Below are positions 39,101 to 52,842 of a stretch of DNA of 64,000 nt, piece after piece. Location: NCBI RefSeq assembly GCF_026571515.1, contig NW_026862101.1:434001-498000 (forward strand). The letters run 5' to 3'. Under the pieces are notes generated by a model that searched no databases, had not been told where the DNA came from, and worked only from the letters and a program-made list of their open reading frames with translations. Source of the DNA: Ruditapes philippinarum. Its lineage: Eukaryota. Positions within the stretch are counted from its first letter, which is position 1. Each line of letters starts with the position of its first letter. The position numbers and the translations under genes are program-made.

Positions 39101-39308
39101 CAAGTTGTAACTTCCAGCAAGCATGGTATCATTGTCAACAAGCGTGATAAAAGTGCAAGCATGCATAATGACTGTACCAATAAGCACAATAGCAGTGTCA
39201 ATGAGTAAATTGTAACAGTAAGCAGGCAGTGTGTAATTGTCAACAAGCGTGATGAAAGTGCAAGCAGGCATTGTGTAATTTTTACCTCAATATCATTCCA
39301 TAGTTAAC
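36186..39308. repeat. Large degenerate inverted repeat (arms ~36186-37190 and ~38700-39308)
   Basis: The outer ~300 bp are near-identical reverse complements (source of the mirror ORFs 36223+ and 39089-). Inner blocks are more diverged. The left arm has a 105-bp tandem duplication. Confidence 0.8.
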
Positions 39309-42300
39309 AAATTAACTTGAAATTATAGAGTAATTTTTTAAAGGGCAAGGTTGTTTTGCCAGTTTACCTTTTTGCTATTTGGACATTGCCATGTTTGTTC
39401 TCGAAATCGTGAAACATTGATTTTCCCAGGGTAAAATTTCGAAACTGCATCGCTTTCAAAATTATGAAAGCTCGCCGTTGATTGGCTGTTTGAAAGATCA
39501 CCAGAAATGACTTCGTATTTGGTCACGGTCACATTTAAAAGCGGAGCGTTATTTAGAGCTGATTTTAATCAGATTGTCAATTTTCCTCTTTTTCCTCAAT
39601 TTTATATAGGTCATATATTTAAAAGTTAGGATTACAATAATATTTACTGAACTTTTATAGATTTTTTAAGACATAACTCATCTTTGTGATTATTTGTAGC
39701 ATTAATTTACGTTATTCAACATGCAGTATAGTAAATGTAGTACATGCTCGAACTCATCATCGCGACATGCATGTTACAATACTTACAGATCAAAGTTTAC
39801 GCTTATGAGATTTGAACTTGTTCAAGAGCATAATAAAGTAATAGAGAATGCATATAAATTGTGATACACAAGTATATTATTTTGGTAAGTACTAAGTGTT
39901 TCAAGCTACTTTAATATCTGTTCAGGTCCGAAGGAGATAGAAAAAGATGACGATATCTAATATCTACTTACGCATACTTCATGTGCCAAAACTCATTCAT
40001 TTTTGTAGACAAAAGAATAGTAAGAGGGCTGTGCCGGGAACAGAGTAGTTATATTAAACTTGATATCAAGTATAAGTTATGATACTGCACAATGATAAAG
40101 TCATGAGTGAACTGAAACGTTTTATTGTATTTTTTCACCAATTTGAATTTTAAAACCGAATAAAATTTGATTAATTTACATATAAGCAATTTAAACTAAA
40201 CCACGAAAACTCAGGTTTGGAATACCTTTCCTGGGTGGTGTCGAAATATAAAGAGTGTTTGTATAAAGGTTATTCCAGGAGATGCATCATGATTGTAACC
40301 GACTTATTTGCATCCATGTTACCGACTTATTTGCGTCTATGAAACCGACTTAGTTCCAATCATGAGTAACATGTATCTAATGAAATCAAGAGCAGCTGGA
40401 CCTCCTGTGGTATCAGATGCGAGTGGATTCGGTGGATACTTAGAGGTGTACCTGTGTGTTCTAGTTTACAGGTTCTGTTTCTTCATTAACGGGTGGATCT
40501 GCTGCCGGAGAATTTTGTTCTACAGTTGACCCTGCCGACGGTTTCGAACAAGAAGCTTTATTAGTTATAAAGAAAACTGCAAAACATTCAACTCCTTGAA
40601 AATAAATAGAACTGTATACGAAAATATAAAAACTGCTATGACATATATAATGATGATTTTGTGACGTATACATTTCTAAATTATGTTTAACATCTAACAT
40701 TTAATTTGAATTTGATAATAAATAAATTTAAACGTAAAATGTATAGGGGAAGTAAATCATTTTATGAAACTCTTGACAAATTTTGCATATATAAGAGTTA
40801 CTTCCATTTTGAAGACGTCTTGGTTAACCATTATCTGTGTGCAAGAAATAGGTTTACAAGATATTATAATTAGATTATTGTGCTGACAGAAGAATGGGAT
40901 CTGCGACCTATAGAATAGAATCTAGCGAAATAATCAATTGTAATTTTCAGTAATTAATTAGCTTATACATTTATTTGGTATGCTGACGCAGTGAATAAAA
41001 GACTGATTATGTAATAGTTAAACACACATTATTAAATATCAGATTATTTATAACGCTGAAAGCAGTGACGTAGTACGGGCTGTTGCTGTTTGAAACGTTT
41101 AACCTTCTCTTGTTTGTGTCTAACTATGCTTACACGTTACCTTCTTGTCTAAGGTGCGCGTGCTTTATCTAGATAATCGCGACGTTTGTAAATGAATGGG
41201 TAAAATAAACGTTACTGAAATCAATCGAAAATACAGTCAGATATATTACATTGAGGCCATCTAATTGGATGAAAATGACGGGTAAAGATGAAATACTGTT
41301 TTTTATTTATTTTATTTAATTAAATTCCAGACGGTCTTGGACCCTGAAGACAATAACACAAACATAATCATTAACAATACATAAAAGTACATGTATATCA
41401 TAAATAACAATCATTTTTTGCATGGGACACATATATATGTCATACAATATTTTAACATTCACTTGTCACGTCCAAAGTATATAATAACTGTTTGCTTAAA
41501 CACAGGAGACGACAATTATATAAATATATCGAATTACATGGAATTGTTATTACCTTCTTCATAATTTTGTCTGAACATTCCAGTATAACAATAAAAGTTA
41601 TCAAATTAGAATGTTTGTAACTTGAGCAACAAAACTCATTTTTTGCCATAAATTTCATTAACAAAGCAGAAAATTGAAAAAAAAATTCAAATTTAACATG
41701 AATTATCGTAGAGCATTTTTGTCGTTTTCAAACATTATTTTTATAACCATTTGGCTCTAACTCAAAGGGTTGATAGCTGTTATCGGTATTACTTTATAAA
41801 ATCACATCAAAGTACTGACGTCGACATGGTATAATAATTGTTATTTTAACTTCGACCGATAAAGCGGTTTGAGAATGCGCACGACAGGCGAATAATAGCA
41901 GGGACTTTACTGTTTTTTTTATATAATTCATGTGCGTTGATATATACAGATGGTTTAAGCAATATTTATTTCTTATCCCATATTTAAAAAAATATTACAA
42001 TAATTAAGTTGCATAGAGGATTGAGTAAAAAGCTTAAAGCTTATATGAAACTCTCTTTTGTAACAACATAATATAGCTTTTGTAATTAAAGTTGATTGTA
42101 CCTGCATTTAGTTCCTTACATAAACTTACAAGAAGATATAAAAATTACAATGTAAGGAGTACTTTGTAAAGGATCATAAAGAGGAGCTAAACATGTCAAA
42201 TGTGTAAGATGCAATGCCTATATCAAAAGTGAAGTAAAGGGACCACTGTAATAGAATGGAAAGTGTAGGTTCTTTTTAAGAGTCTTACAGGAATTAAATC

Positions 42301-43023
42301 TTTTATTCACCAAGTATTAGCCAATTCAAAATTATATTTCTATATAAGTAATACAGTGATGTGTTTCCTTGTGACAATATCCTGTAGTTATTATAGCATA
42401 TAATAAGAAAATACATAAAACAAAGGCTTAGGAAGCAATAGAATAATAACTCTTGCGAAACGAAATGCAAAGCACCCTTATTTGCACTATACCTGATAAA
42501 ATCACTTAATATGGCATAAATTTTCTATTTTAAACACATAAATATACAAAATATATTTGCTTAAACTCTCTCCCAGATAAGGCAATTGGAATATAAATCA
42601 TCACAATTATATCGTTTTCGAAACTTCATGTATTTAAACCCAATCTGCTGGCAAAAATATATTTTATCCAAGCGTTCAGTGCAGACCAATATCAGCCGAT
42701 CCGTGTCGTCTGATAATAGACAGCACTGTATTCTATTCAGTCCGTAAATATTTCAACATCTTCCCTAAAATGATAAATGGTTATGTCCAGATTGAAAGAT
42801 GGACGAGTTCATTTAAGATATTTGTTTTATTTAGGATCAAGCAAGCTTTACATCCTTTGAATTTTAAAACATATGAATAATTCATGTAAAGATATTAGTC
42901 GTATTCTTATGCAAATCAAAACAGGTGTTTATATTTGCTCGACACCCTGTTTGTAAATACAAATGTAGCAATTTTTGTAGTACTTAATACCAATATGATC
43001 CTTTAATAGACATATCAGACATA

Positions 43024-43105
43024 AGCAGCAGCAGCAGCAGCAACAATAACAACAACGATAACGATAACGATAACAATAATAATAATAATAATAATAATAA
43101 TAATT
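43024..43105. repeat. Compound (CAG)(AAC)(AAT) microsatellite
   Basis: Direct reading. Confidence 0.9.
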
Positions 43106-43892
43106 ATAAACAACTAAATAAATATATTAAAATCCCAGTGAGACTGAGTCTGTTCATGGTTTGCTATTTAATAACTATGGAAATAGCTTACCTACAAAAG
43201 CATCGGTTGAACAGCATCTAATTTATATAACAAAACCTATTTATATACACAACTTTACCTGCATTTTATAATGCATTACTGTAACATATCTTATGCGAAC
43301 AAATTCGAGTCTAAGCATCAGAAAAGTATTTCCAATTATATGTTCATTCACGATTATAATATTTCACTGGACAATCAAAACTTCTTAAGACAGTATTTTA
43401 AAATCCAAACTCTGTATATATCCGCAAATTGTCTGATAAAAATCTCATGAGAAACTTTACATAACATTACAGTTACTTCAAGAGAAAATATATTGTAACA
43501 AAGAATTGTATACTTTAAGTTAATAAGCTATCCCTCTTATTTCAATGTAACAAAGAAGATAATTTTCGCAAATATAAAGAAAAAAAACAACAGAAAAAAG
43601 CAACATAAACAATGTAGAATAATAATTATATTAATACAAACTACATTAAGGACACACAAGTCATAAACAGTGCACGGCATATAGACACATAGTGTCCATG
43701 TACGAATGCCATAATGTTCAATGAGACAAACTATACCCTTAAAAGAGGGATTATTATTTCCAATAATGATGCACCAGTCAACTGTAAGCCATGTCATAGC
43801 CTTCACAGCCGTTAGGGACATTTTACATTCCGTTTGTCAAAAGTTCTGCCGGGTCAATTTAATGGTTTTCATATAGCGTCAAAATAGCAGTA

Positions 43893-44636
43893 CAGTGTAA
43901 CTTCTGAAATCCGAACACCCATGGGTCTTGTCAAAAAGTTCGGATTTCAGAGGTTTCCGGAATTCAGAGGTTTCGGATAATGTGGACAAGACTAAGCCAC
44001 TAGATCTAAATGTCACTAAATGTCAACGAAAATGTGGCCATTACTGTAATAACATATATAATAGTCTTTTAATAAAGATAAAGATGTGAAGGAAAAGAAA
44101 ACATTGATATTTAACACTTTATTTAACTTACATATTGTCCGATGCTAGTTAATTAATTAGTACATCAAATGCAATAAAATCCCTAAAGACGTTTGATGCA
44201 CACATTGTCCCAATTAATTGTCATTTAATCCGCTAATAAACACTTCAAATTAACTGACCGCCGTAAATTACTTTAATTGACCGCATCACTTCAAACATAC
44301 CATTTCACAGTTTGTGATTTTAACGCGTGTCAAATTACACGATCACCGCTAATTAGTAAACAATCGACAGGGAGATTAAATCTTCCTGCAGGGTAATCAT
44401 TCTCGATTTACAGTGTATTTCACACCTTTAGATATTTCCGGATTTTGGAGGTAAAATTGCATTGATTTGACTCTAATTTTACGAAAATATCGTCCGGAAT
44501 TCAGAATTTAGAAGTTCCGGAATTCAGAAGTATTATATTAATAGAAAATAGAAGGGAAAAAATCGGGACCGAAAAAAATGTTCGGTTTTTAGAAGTTTCC
44601 GGATTTCAGAAGTTCCGGAATTCGGAAGTAACACTG
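43893..44636. mobile_element. Tc1/mariner-pogo-type MITE, 744 bp, TA target duplication
   Basis: TA|CAGTGTAACTTCTGAAATCCG ... CGGAATTCGGAAGTAACACTG|TA, with subterminal TTCCGGAATTCAGA repeats. Confidence 0.85.
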
Positions 44637-46120
44637 TAGTATGTTCAACTTGCAATGCACATAATTTAAGAAAGGCGGTGTCAGGGGATGGGATGTTACT
44701 ATTTAAATGCTGTTGGTCAAAGTCTCCGCTATTCCCAAGGGCTGGTAACGAGTTACCAACTACTGGTTAACAATTTACAAGTACATAATATGAACATAAT
44801 TATCATCAGGGTCTTTAAAATTCTATATGAAAAAAACCTTATATCTAATCAATGAAGAAAACGAAAGAGCAGTCACATTATTGAAGTGAAGATTTGATAA
44901 AAAAAACCCACACCCCCGCCCTAAAAAAACAAAACAAAAAAAAAACAAACAAAAAAAACAACAAACAAAACAACATAAAAACAACAACAACAAAAAACAA
45001 TTTTTTTTATATCCAAAAGCTAATATTGCAATCGTTCGACAATGTTTTTTCTCAAGGACGACGACTAGAGTGATTATTTGTTGTTTCCTTAAGCAGATAT
45101 GACTTTCTAGAAATTTAAAATAAAATGTTTTGTTATAGTACATTTGTATTCTACTTTGATGTTGGAAAGTAAGGAAACTTTGTCCTATTAGTCTTCAAAA
45201 ACGTGTGCTTAAAAGCATGTATATAAGTACAGCCCATGCACTTGGCCGTGTAGCTATTATAAATGCAAATATGAAAGAATTATATTGTAGGCCTACTGTT
45301 CTCTACAAGCTATAACTATAAAGATATACAACATTTCTCCCACAATTTTCGTAACCCTGTTCCTGTTGGCGGCAACACATTTTATTCTTTCCGTGCCGTC
45401 TCATCATGAATGGTCTACACTGCTTGCTAGTAGAGACTACCAGAGAATGATTCGTCAACAATGAAAGATCAACAAGTAGATTTGTGTTATTGAGAATGAT
45501 ACAGGTTTGATATATATGCAATCGTTATCTTCTAAACGTCAATTGTGTAAACCTTACAACAGATGTACGATAAATGCCGTATAAAGATATGAAATTGCGG
45601 TACACCATCATATAAATACAGTTTAACATTTGATATTTTCAAGAACCTTTAGTTGTGTGTAATACCAAATGTATTAACTAAAAATCTCTGTAATCGTTTC
45701 TACATGTATATTCCGTTCTGATTTCTGATGTCTTGAAATTGTAAAAAAAAATATGAATACATATAAAAAATCCTACGACAAATATCAGACACTTTAATCT
45801 TAACCTAAATAACGCTATATCGTGGAATATATGGAATGATATAATTTCTATATGCTTATATACTCATGTAATTAACATGCACATCAAAAGGCATACCCAT
45901 ATATGACAATATAAGACTCGTGCCAACTTACATAACTCAATAAAATACAATGTCACGGCAAGAAACTTCTCAATAATACTAATACATACCTACAGACATC
46001 TCAATAAAAACAATACAAACTCGTGTAGGTTATTGATAGACCATAAGCCAACAGCCACGCGCACATCGGAATAAAACACAATTTATAAAAACGCACATCC
46101 TTATACATAAACTCTTAACA

Positions 46121-46480
46121 AAAACATTCATACAAACACAGACATCTCATAAAACATTCATACAAACACAGACATCTCAATAAAACATTCATACAAACAC
46201 AGACATCTCAATAAAACATTCATACAAACACAGACATCTCAATAAAACATTCATACAAACACAGACATCTCAATAAAACATTCATACAAACACAGACATC
46301 TCAATAAAACATTCATACAAACACAGACATCTCAATAAAACATTCATACAAACACAGACATCTCAATAAAACATTCATACAAACACAGACATCTCAATAA
46401 AACATTCATACAAACACAGACATCTCAATAAAACATTCATACAAACACAGACATCTCAATAAAACACTCATACAAACACG
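46121..46480. repeat. 31-bp minisatellite (AAAACATTCATACAAACACAGACATCTCAAT), about 11 copies
   Basis: Direct reading; lies downstream of the Star-like gene stop codon. Confidence 0.95.
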
Positions 46481-46714
46481 CAATTTTCAACAAAATACAA
46501 ATACAAATAAGCACAACTCACAGATAGTTTACAAAAAATCCCCCCCCCCAAAAAAAAAACAACAAAAAAATAAAAACAAAAACCACACTTAAACACACTT
46601 ATGCAAACACGCAAATCTCAATTTGTACAACTTTACAACACAAAGTAAACATTATCATCGTATATGTGCCAACAGTAAACTTATGGTTACTAAGCATAAT
46701 TTATTTAGAATATT

Positions 46715-49700
46715 CTATTTAATGAAAATGCTGTCAAGAGCTGCTATTGAATCCATTTTTACTAAAAACGAAAAACCCTTACTTTCCATTACTTTTCTAA
46801 GTCGTACATGGCCTCCTTCGAATTTATCATACTCTATAGAGATAGTTCTTATTTTGATCTTTTCAAAAGGTATATTGTTGAGTATTCCCTCCTCGGCTCC
46901 TTCAACATCTAAACTAAAATAGTCAACAGTCAATTGGTTCATAGCAAGTAATATTGAATACAAAGGGAAACATTGTACGGTTATTTCTTTGAATCCTTTC
47001 TTTGTCCATTCATCTTCACTAGTTTTATTTTCCACCATCTTTCCGTAGAATGATGTCGGTAGAAATTTAACCTGAAATCAAAGGAGAGGACTATCTCCAA
47101 ATCAGCTTTCTGACTAACGTCAAATAAAAGTGCATCAATATGTCAAAGTAGACGATTTTAACTGATTGCGTGAATAATTTACATAATAATTTACAGAACA
47201 GAATTTAGCATACAACATAGATGTAAATGACGTATACATAAATCTGATAATATTGAAGGAAGAAAAGAAAGCAAAAATCAATGCTATTTCAAATATAAGC
47301 AACCCCAATGTTTAAATTGTTTCCGTTCTTTTACAAAAAGAGCAAATTTTGTTTGTTTGGTTTCGTTTTACGGCGCACCAACACAGTAAAAGAAATATGG
47401 CGCAGAAACAGGAAAGATGGTTTTGTTTGCATCGGATGTTACAAACGTTCAGCATTACAATGGGCCAGAACCACGTCACGTGTTTTAGCTAAGCGATGCC
47501 TAGACTATAATAATTCGAACCCATTTAGACGCCTCTAACGATCACACAGGAAGTGAAAAATGAAAATGTCTTGTATGAAATACAATCATAGAACTTTATT
47601 AACTTCAAAGTTTCTTTATGTCTAGAAAAACCTTTTCACATCCATGTATTTATTGTTTATATGATTGATCAAAAGATTTTTGGGCCGAAGGCCGTCTGAT
47701 TTCATCTTGACTTCCGCTAAAATTAACAGTAAAGAAATGAATATAGGCAGAATTTTCATTGGTCATTTTAACACTTATAGCCTGTTCGATTGATATTTTA
47801 GAAGAGCTTCCGTTATAGGTATGTTCGATTGCTCGATGGCAAGAAGTGTTGGAAGAAGATATAAGTCAGAATAAATATAAAAACACAATAATGATATTTT
47901 CTAGATGTTTCTAACAGCTTTTCAATAAATAAACGAAATTACATATGACAAATCGCCTTTGTTCGATTAGGTTCCTCTTTTAAGCTGTTCTATTCATTAT
48001 ATTCTCTTCTCGAACAGGGCATAAGACGATTGAAACACACTTTCGACTAATTTACAGTTGCAAAATTCTCCGTGGAATTAGTATACAGTATCTACTAAAT
48101 GTTTTATTATATATTCCTATTCAAATCAAATTCCATTTTGATTAAAATCAAATAATGTAAGTAATTTTGTTTGAATCTAAGATGGCAATTAACGGGGAAA
48201 AATATTTCGGGTAAAAATGAACTGAAATAAAACTATTGAGGACGAATAAAATGTTCTGTTTGCGGTTAACATGGCCAGTGGTACCTTATCTTATGCAAAT
48301 TAACAAGTTTGACTTCGGCCGAGTACCTTTTTTTAAAGATACTTCTTGTTTGGTTTCAAGCCGCACCGGCACAGTATAAGTCATATGGTGACTTAAAGCT
48401 TAACTTGTGGAGGAAGACCTCAGGTGCCACTCCGTGCGTTATTTCAGAAGCAAACGAATTTAAATGATATGCAATATGTCAAATGCTGAGTAGGATACCC
48501 TCGACTTAAATGTTAGTATTATCGAAGAAAATAAACTGTATGAAACCAGAAAAATGTGACTGTTTAGCAAAGCAATGCATTTCAAATCGTTTACAATTAC
48601 GTATTGCTGTCATTAGTTTTCTGTGTCGCGGTAATATAAAACTTAACCAACTGTGATTATAAAGCGTCTGAGAGGTTAACATGTAAGTTACGAAAACATA
48701 CGATTAACTCGTATTAATTGTCTCTCATTTAATTGGTTTGTTAATCATAATATAACCAATTAAATGAGAGACAATTAATCTAGCCTTATTCAAGAACAGT
48801 AAGTGCTTAGTACAATTAACCTGGCATTGGGTAACAAACATTCGTTTTTAAACGAGTGTAAATAAAGATATAGACAAAAGCTGATAATAAAGGAACACCA
48901 TTTTAAAGATAATATTTCGAAAGCATACACATTTCTTAACCAGTGAGGTTTGTACTAGACACAAGTTCAAGGTCCAGGTCATGGCCGAGATCATTTCATT
49001 ATCTCATACCATTATTTACATATTGATATTACTTCCTTACCGAAGATAAATTTGCATTATTCAATATGTGCAATCGCACAGATTTCCTTTTATCTATTTT
49101 GTTAAATAACATGTTATTTAATAAAAAAGTATTTGTGGTATAATAACCCACTACATGCACAAGTAATGCTTTTATTTTCATTTTCAAAACCTTTTTAATT
49201 TTATACTTGTTGTCTTGTTAAAGTTTTTGACTATATACCTGAACTTTCTTTTGCTCCTTTGGTTTTCTGACCATTAGAGCAGTTAAAACGATTATGTATT
49301 TTGTATGGAAGTCGAACAAATTTGTTTATAATTTGCTACTTTAATGACAAATGATTTCATATTCAGCGCAGTATTTTATTCAGGTAATAAACATCTAACA
49401 TGTCCATAAACCATTGTTTAAATGTTAAAAAAAATTCAATTTTGTCTTTTTTAATATTGAAAAAAAATCTTTCTTAGGAATATTGTGCCTTTACTCGAGG
49501 TATATTAGAAAACATATCAGTATATGTAATATTGGGTACGGTTTAATGTCCCACCAACACAGTACAGGTCATACGAGTATAGTGACATTCCAGCTTTACT
49601 GATTGATGAAATACGATAGACAAGATCAACAAGGAAAGGCGGCGTTCACTGAAAGCAACCCTAATCATTTCAGGCACTATTGAACGGGCACCTGAGTAGA

Positions 49701-50998
49701 ACCACTGCCCTTCGTAAGCTAGCTGGATAGCTTCCTCATATGACAGAATTCAAAGTCTCTGGCGAGATTCGAACCCGCAGTGGTCAGGGGCAAGTGGTTT
49801 GATATTATATATCTCCTATAAAAAATAAATGGGATCTTACCGTAGATGGATATGGAACTACGCTAACACATGCATTTAATGTGAATGATTTTCTATTTTT
49901 GCTTTTTAATTGCTCGTAGATTTTTGGCTGGGGCTCGATAAGAATACCTGTCCAACCTCTGCGTCTCTCAAAGAACAACGTGTTTGATTGTATTTCCCCG
50001 TCATGTGCCCCACTATCAACAAAGAATCCACCTTCCTGTAAATAAGAGTGAAATTACGCCCATCCAATAGTATAAAGTGAGTGAACAGTGAAAGTCAAAA
50101 TAAGTTTCCATTTTGCCGTTATTCCTTTAAATCTTATAATACACTTTGCAGGAACGATAAATAAATGACATTGGCCAAAGATTTTATATCAATACCCACT
50201 AGAATTACCTGCAATGCATAATAAATAAAAAGCGTGGGACAGTCTTTTTACAGTGTAGACAAATTTATATTTAATTTTGATTTTCATTACACCATCAATC
50301 TTTTGAAATATAAAGCCAACTCAGCTCAAGGAAATAAAAACGCCTTGCCATAGACTAGATTTCACCCGTTAGGGTAGCAACCGCATAAGTAAACGAAGTA
50401 TTAACACTTCAGGGCTAAAATAAAAAACATTCTATTGTACTTTTGACAATGATATTAGCTTATCAATTATGCAAGTTCAATTAAGAGAGTATAATGTCTT
50501 AACACCACATAATCATATTTCCTTTATAAAACGGTATATACACATATAACTTGCCATATTTTGTAACGTTCCGTCAACAAACATAGCTTGACCATAGGAA
50601 GAATCCCATTTGTTCGGCTCTGCGAGTTTGTAAGGCTTGTCGGAGGGTGGCTCTATATAATAATTCCTTATCAAATTCACTAAACGCGGGTCGTCCGGTT
50701 TCACCTTTTCTTTATTCAACTTTTCGGTTTCTTTCTTGTAGTCAAAGTTGGGGTCCTTCTGAACATTATACGGGAGATGTGGATATTTGTTTTCTTTGGT
50801 CTGTGTCACTTTTATTTTGTTTCTTTCAGTGGTTTCTGTGTTAACTTTTGGTATTTCCCTTACTTTTGGTGTTTCTTTTATATAATTTTTTTTGTTCTCA
50901 CATTTAGTGATTCTGTTCGGAATCAATAAAAAGAGCACGATTATGACAATGAATAATCCAACAGCCACCTGCATACGTGATGCGTTTGATGAATACAT
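46715..50998 (-). CDS. Protein Star-like / FkbM-family (Methyltransf_21) type II membrane protein, 331 aa; exons 50998-50555, 50035-49841, 47071-46715
   Basis: N-terminal TM (VAVGLFIVIIVLFLLI), DDPRLVNLIRNYYIEPPS stem, GGFFVDSGAHDGEIQSNTLFFE...WTGILIEP, VQCFPLYSILLAMN, and VDYFSLDVEGAE..IL..IPFEKIKI.TISIEY. Both joins are phase 0; the first donor is GC. A splice acceptor at 51009-51010 implies an upstream UTR exon. Confidence 0.9.
48345..48450 (-). mobile_element. SINE 3' fragment (same family as 49530-49802 and ~32070-32200)
   Basis: Minus strand CTGAAATAACGCACGGAGTGGCACCTGAGGTCTTCCTCCAC followed by a tail. Confidence 0.6.
49530..49802 (-). mobile_element. tRNA-derived SINE, 5'-truncated (MetaSINE-like body, recalled from memory)
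   Basis: B-box GGTTCGAATCT on the minus strand, followed by GAGGAAGCTATCCAGCTAGCTTACG...GGTTCTACTCAGGTGCCCG. Confidence 0.65.
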
Positions 50999-52842
50999 TT
51001 TACTCGTGCTGTAATGATAAAACAAAAAAGGATTATCTCACATTGTTTTCAACGTGACTGCACCAGGAGACAATTGTTAGTATATGTATAAAACAAATGA
51101 CAATGCAATCATCATAATAGAGACTGTCAGTGACAACGGCCGACTGACTTTCAGGATGTCAATTAATTTCGGATTTAGTTTGGATTTTTCAAGTAGTTGC
51201 GACGGGTAATTTGCTTGCCACTCTTGAATAAATAGCTCTCACCTGTCCATACAAGTTTTTCATAAGAATGGTTTATTACTTCCCTGTCCCCTTTAAGTTG
51301 TTCGGCTTATCACAATCATACTTTGCATTTGATAAAGAGCGATGTCAAACGTTTTTAAAAGTTTACTTAAGGTTAAAATAGGTTTCAACCAACAAAACTT
51401 TTTATCCATATTGAAAAATTATTAAAAGTTTAAGATTCAAAATATAATAAACCAAAAAGGTTTTTTCTTTGCAACTAGCCTTAAGAACACACAAAACTGC
51501 TGACTCCTTGCAAAATTAGGGAAACTATAGTTTATTAGCATTATGATTTTATTTCATTTTTTCAATCCTACTCTGGGTTTTTGTTCTCTGCTTTGATTGT
51601 TTGTATTGCCTTTTTGTCCCTGTATATTTCAACGTCAAATTAACAATATTAGCCAGGTCTGACTTTAAGCTTCTATGTCTTATTGCCCGTGTGATAGATG
51701 TTATCAAAACAGGATGTTTAAAAAGAGCTTGTCTTGACTGAAGTATGTAAATGCATTTATGAGGTAACTCTTTTATCTTTAAAAACACAACACAATATAC
51801 TGAAAATGAATACATAGTTCAGAGCATTGATGTCTTTATTGAACTGTTTGAAATTGATATGAATGTTATCTGTACTGATGTTAGTTTTTTATGAAAGACA
51901 TACAGCACATCAAAAGGACTTCAATAAAATTTTTGACATGACGGGACTTGAAATATTTGCCCGAGATTTGTATATAATTTGGTGAAGATTTGCACCAATA
52001 ACGTGTGTTCAGATAATTCCCTCTTCAGTATAATCATTTTTATGATGCAAAATTACCAAAACTGATTAGCATTTCTTTTTTGTCCTTTGAAAAGTGTTTC
52101 CATTTCAAGTATTTCACTTAATCTATATAGGAATTTCAAATTTTATGTTTTTAGCCTTTTTGACCTAAGTGGAACTCCTTTTTAAACGACATGGAGAGGT
52201 TAATGTGTCCTTTAAACATATTTGCATGGGATTTTTATCCCTTGACCTTTCCTAAAAGTAGTTTTGCATTGCGGTAGGATTAACGGAGTTTTTTCCTCAT
52301 CAAAGGGTATCTCAAATAGTGCCATAAATTATCAAATTATCATGACATGCTTTAAGTTTGTGGGAAGTGCAAATGTAAAACAAAAGGACAATTGATATAT
52401 TGATAATTGCTTGAGTTGTCCTTTTAATCATTTCTGTTCTTTGAAAAAAATATTCTTTTCTAAGAATAACAAGTGTATTAAAATATTTGTTTCTATATAA
52501 ACATTTCCATTAATAATATTTGCTTTATTTCAAGGAGTCCGAGAGAGCTTCTTGATAAGCTTTTACTTTTCTACTCAATTCTTGTAATTTAATTGTGTAC
52601 ACGTATATGTGTTTGATTGAAACAAAATACTGTTCACACTCAGACAGTTGTTGATTTCGCCTAAGAGTTTCTTTCAATGATAAGTCAAAATTTGTTTTTA
52701 CGAACGACTAAACAGGATCAATATAAAGTACAAATAATATTTTAGGAGGATGACTTTATTGGCAATGTTTTTTTTTAAAAATTTGCAGTCCATTGTTCTG
52801 GCAGCGATCATTGTAGCTTTTTATAAATTATAGACAAAACTC

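Noticed and set aside
36223-39271. Near-identical ORFs 36223-36468(+) and 39089-39271(-) as a gene pair
   Set aside because: They are translations of the inverted-repeat arms with a 105-bp tandem unit; there is no independent coding evidence.
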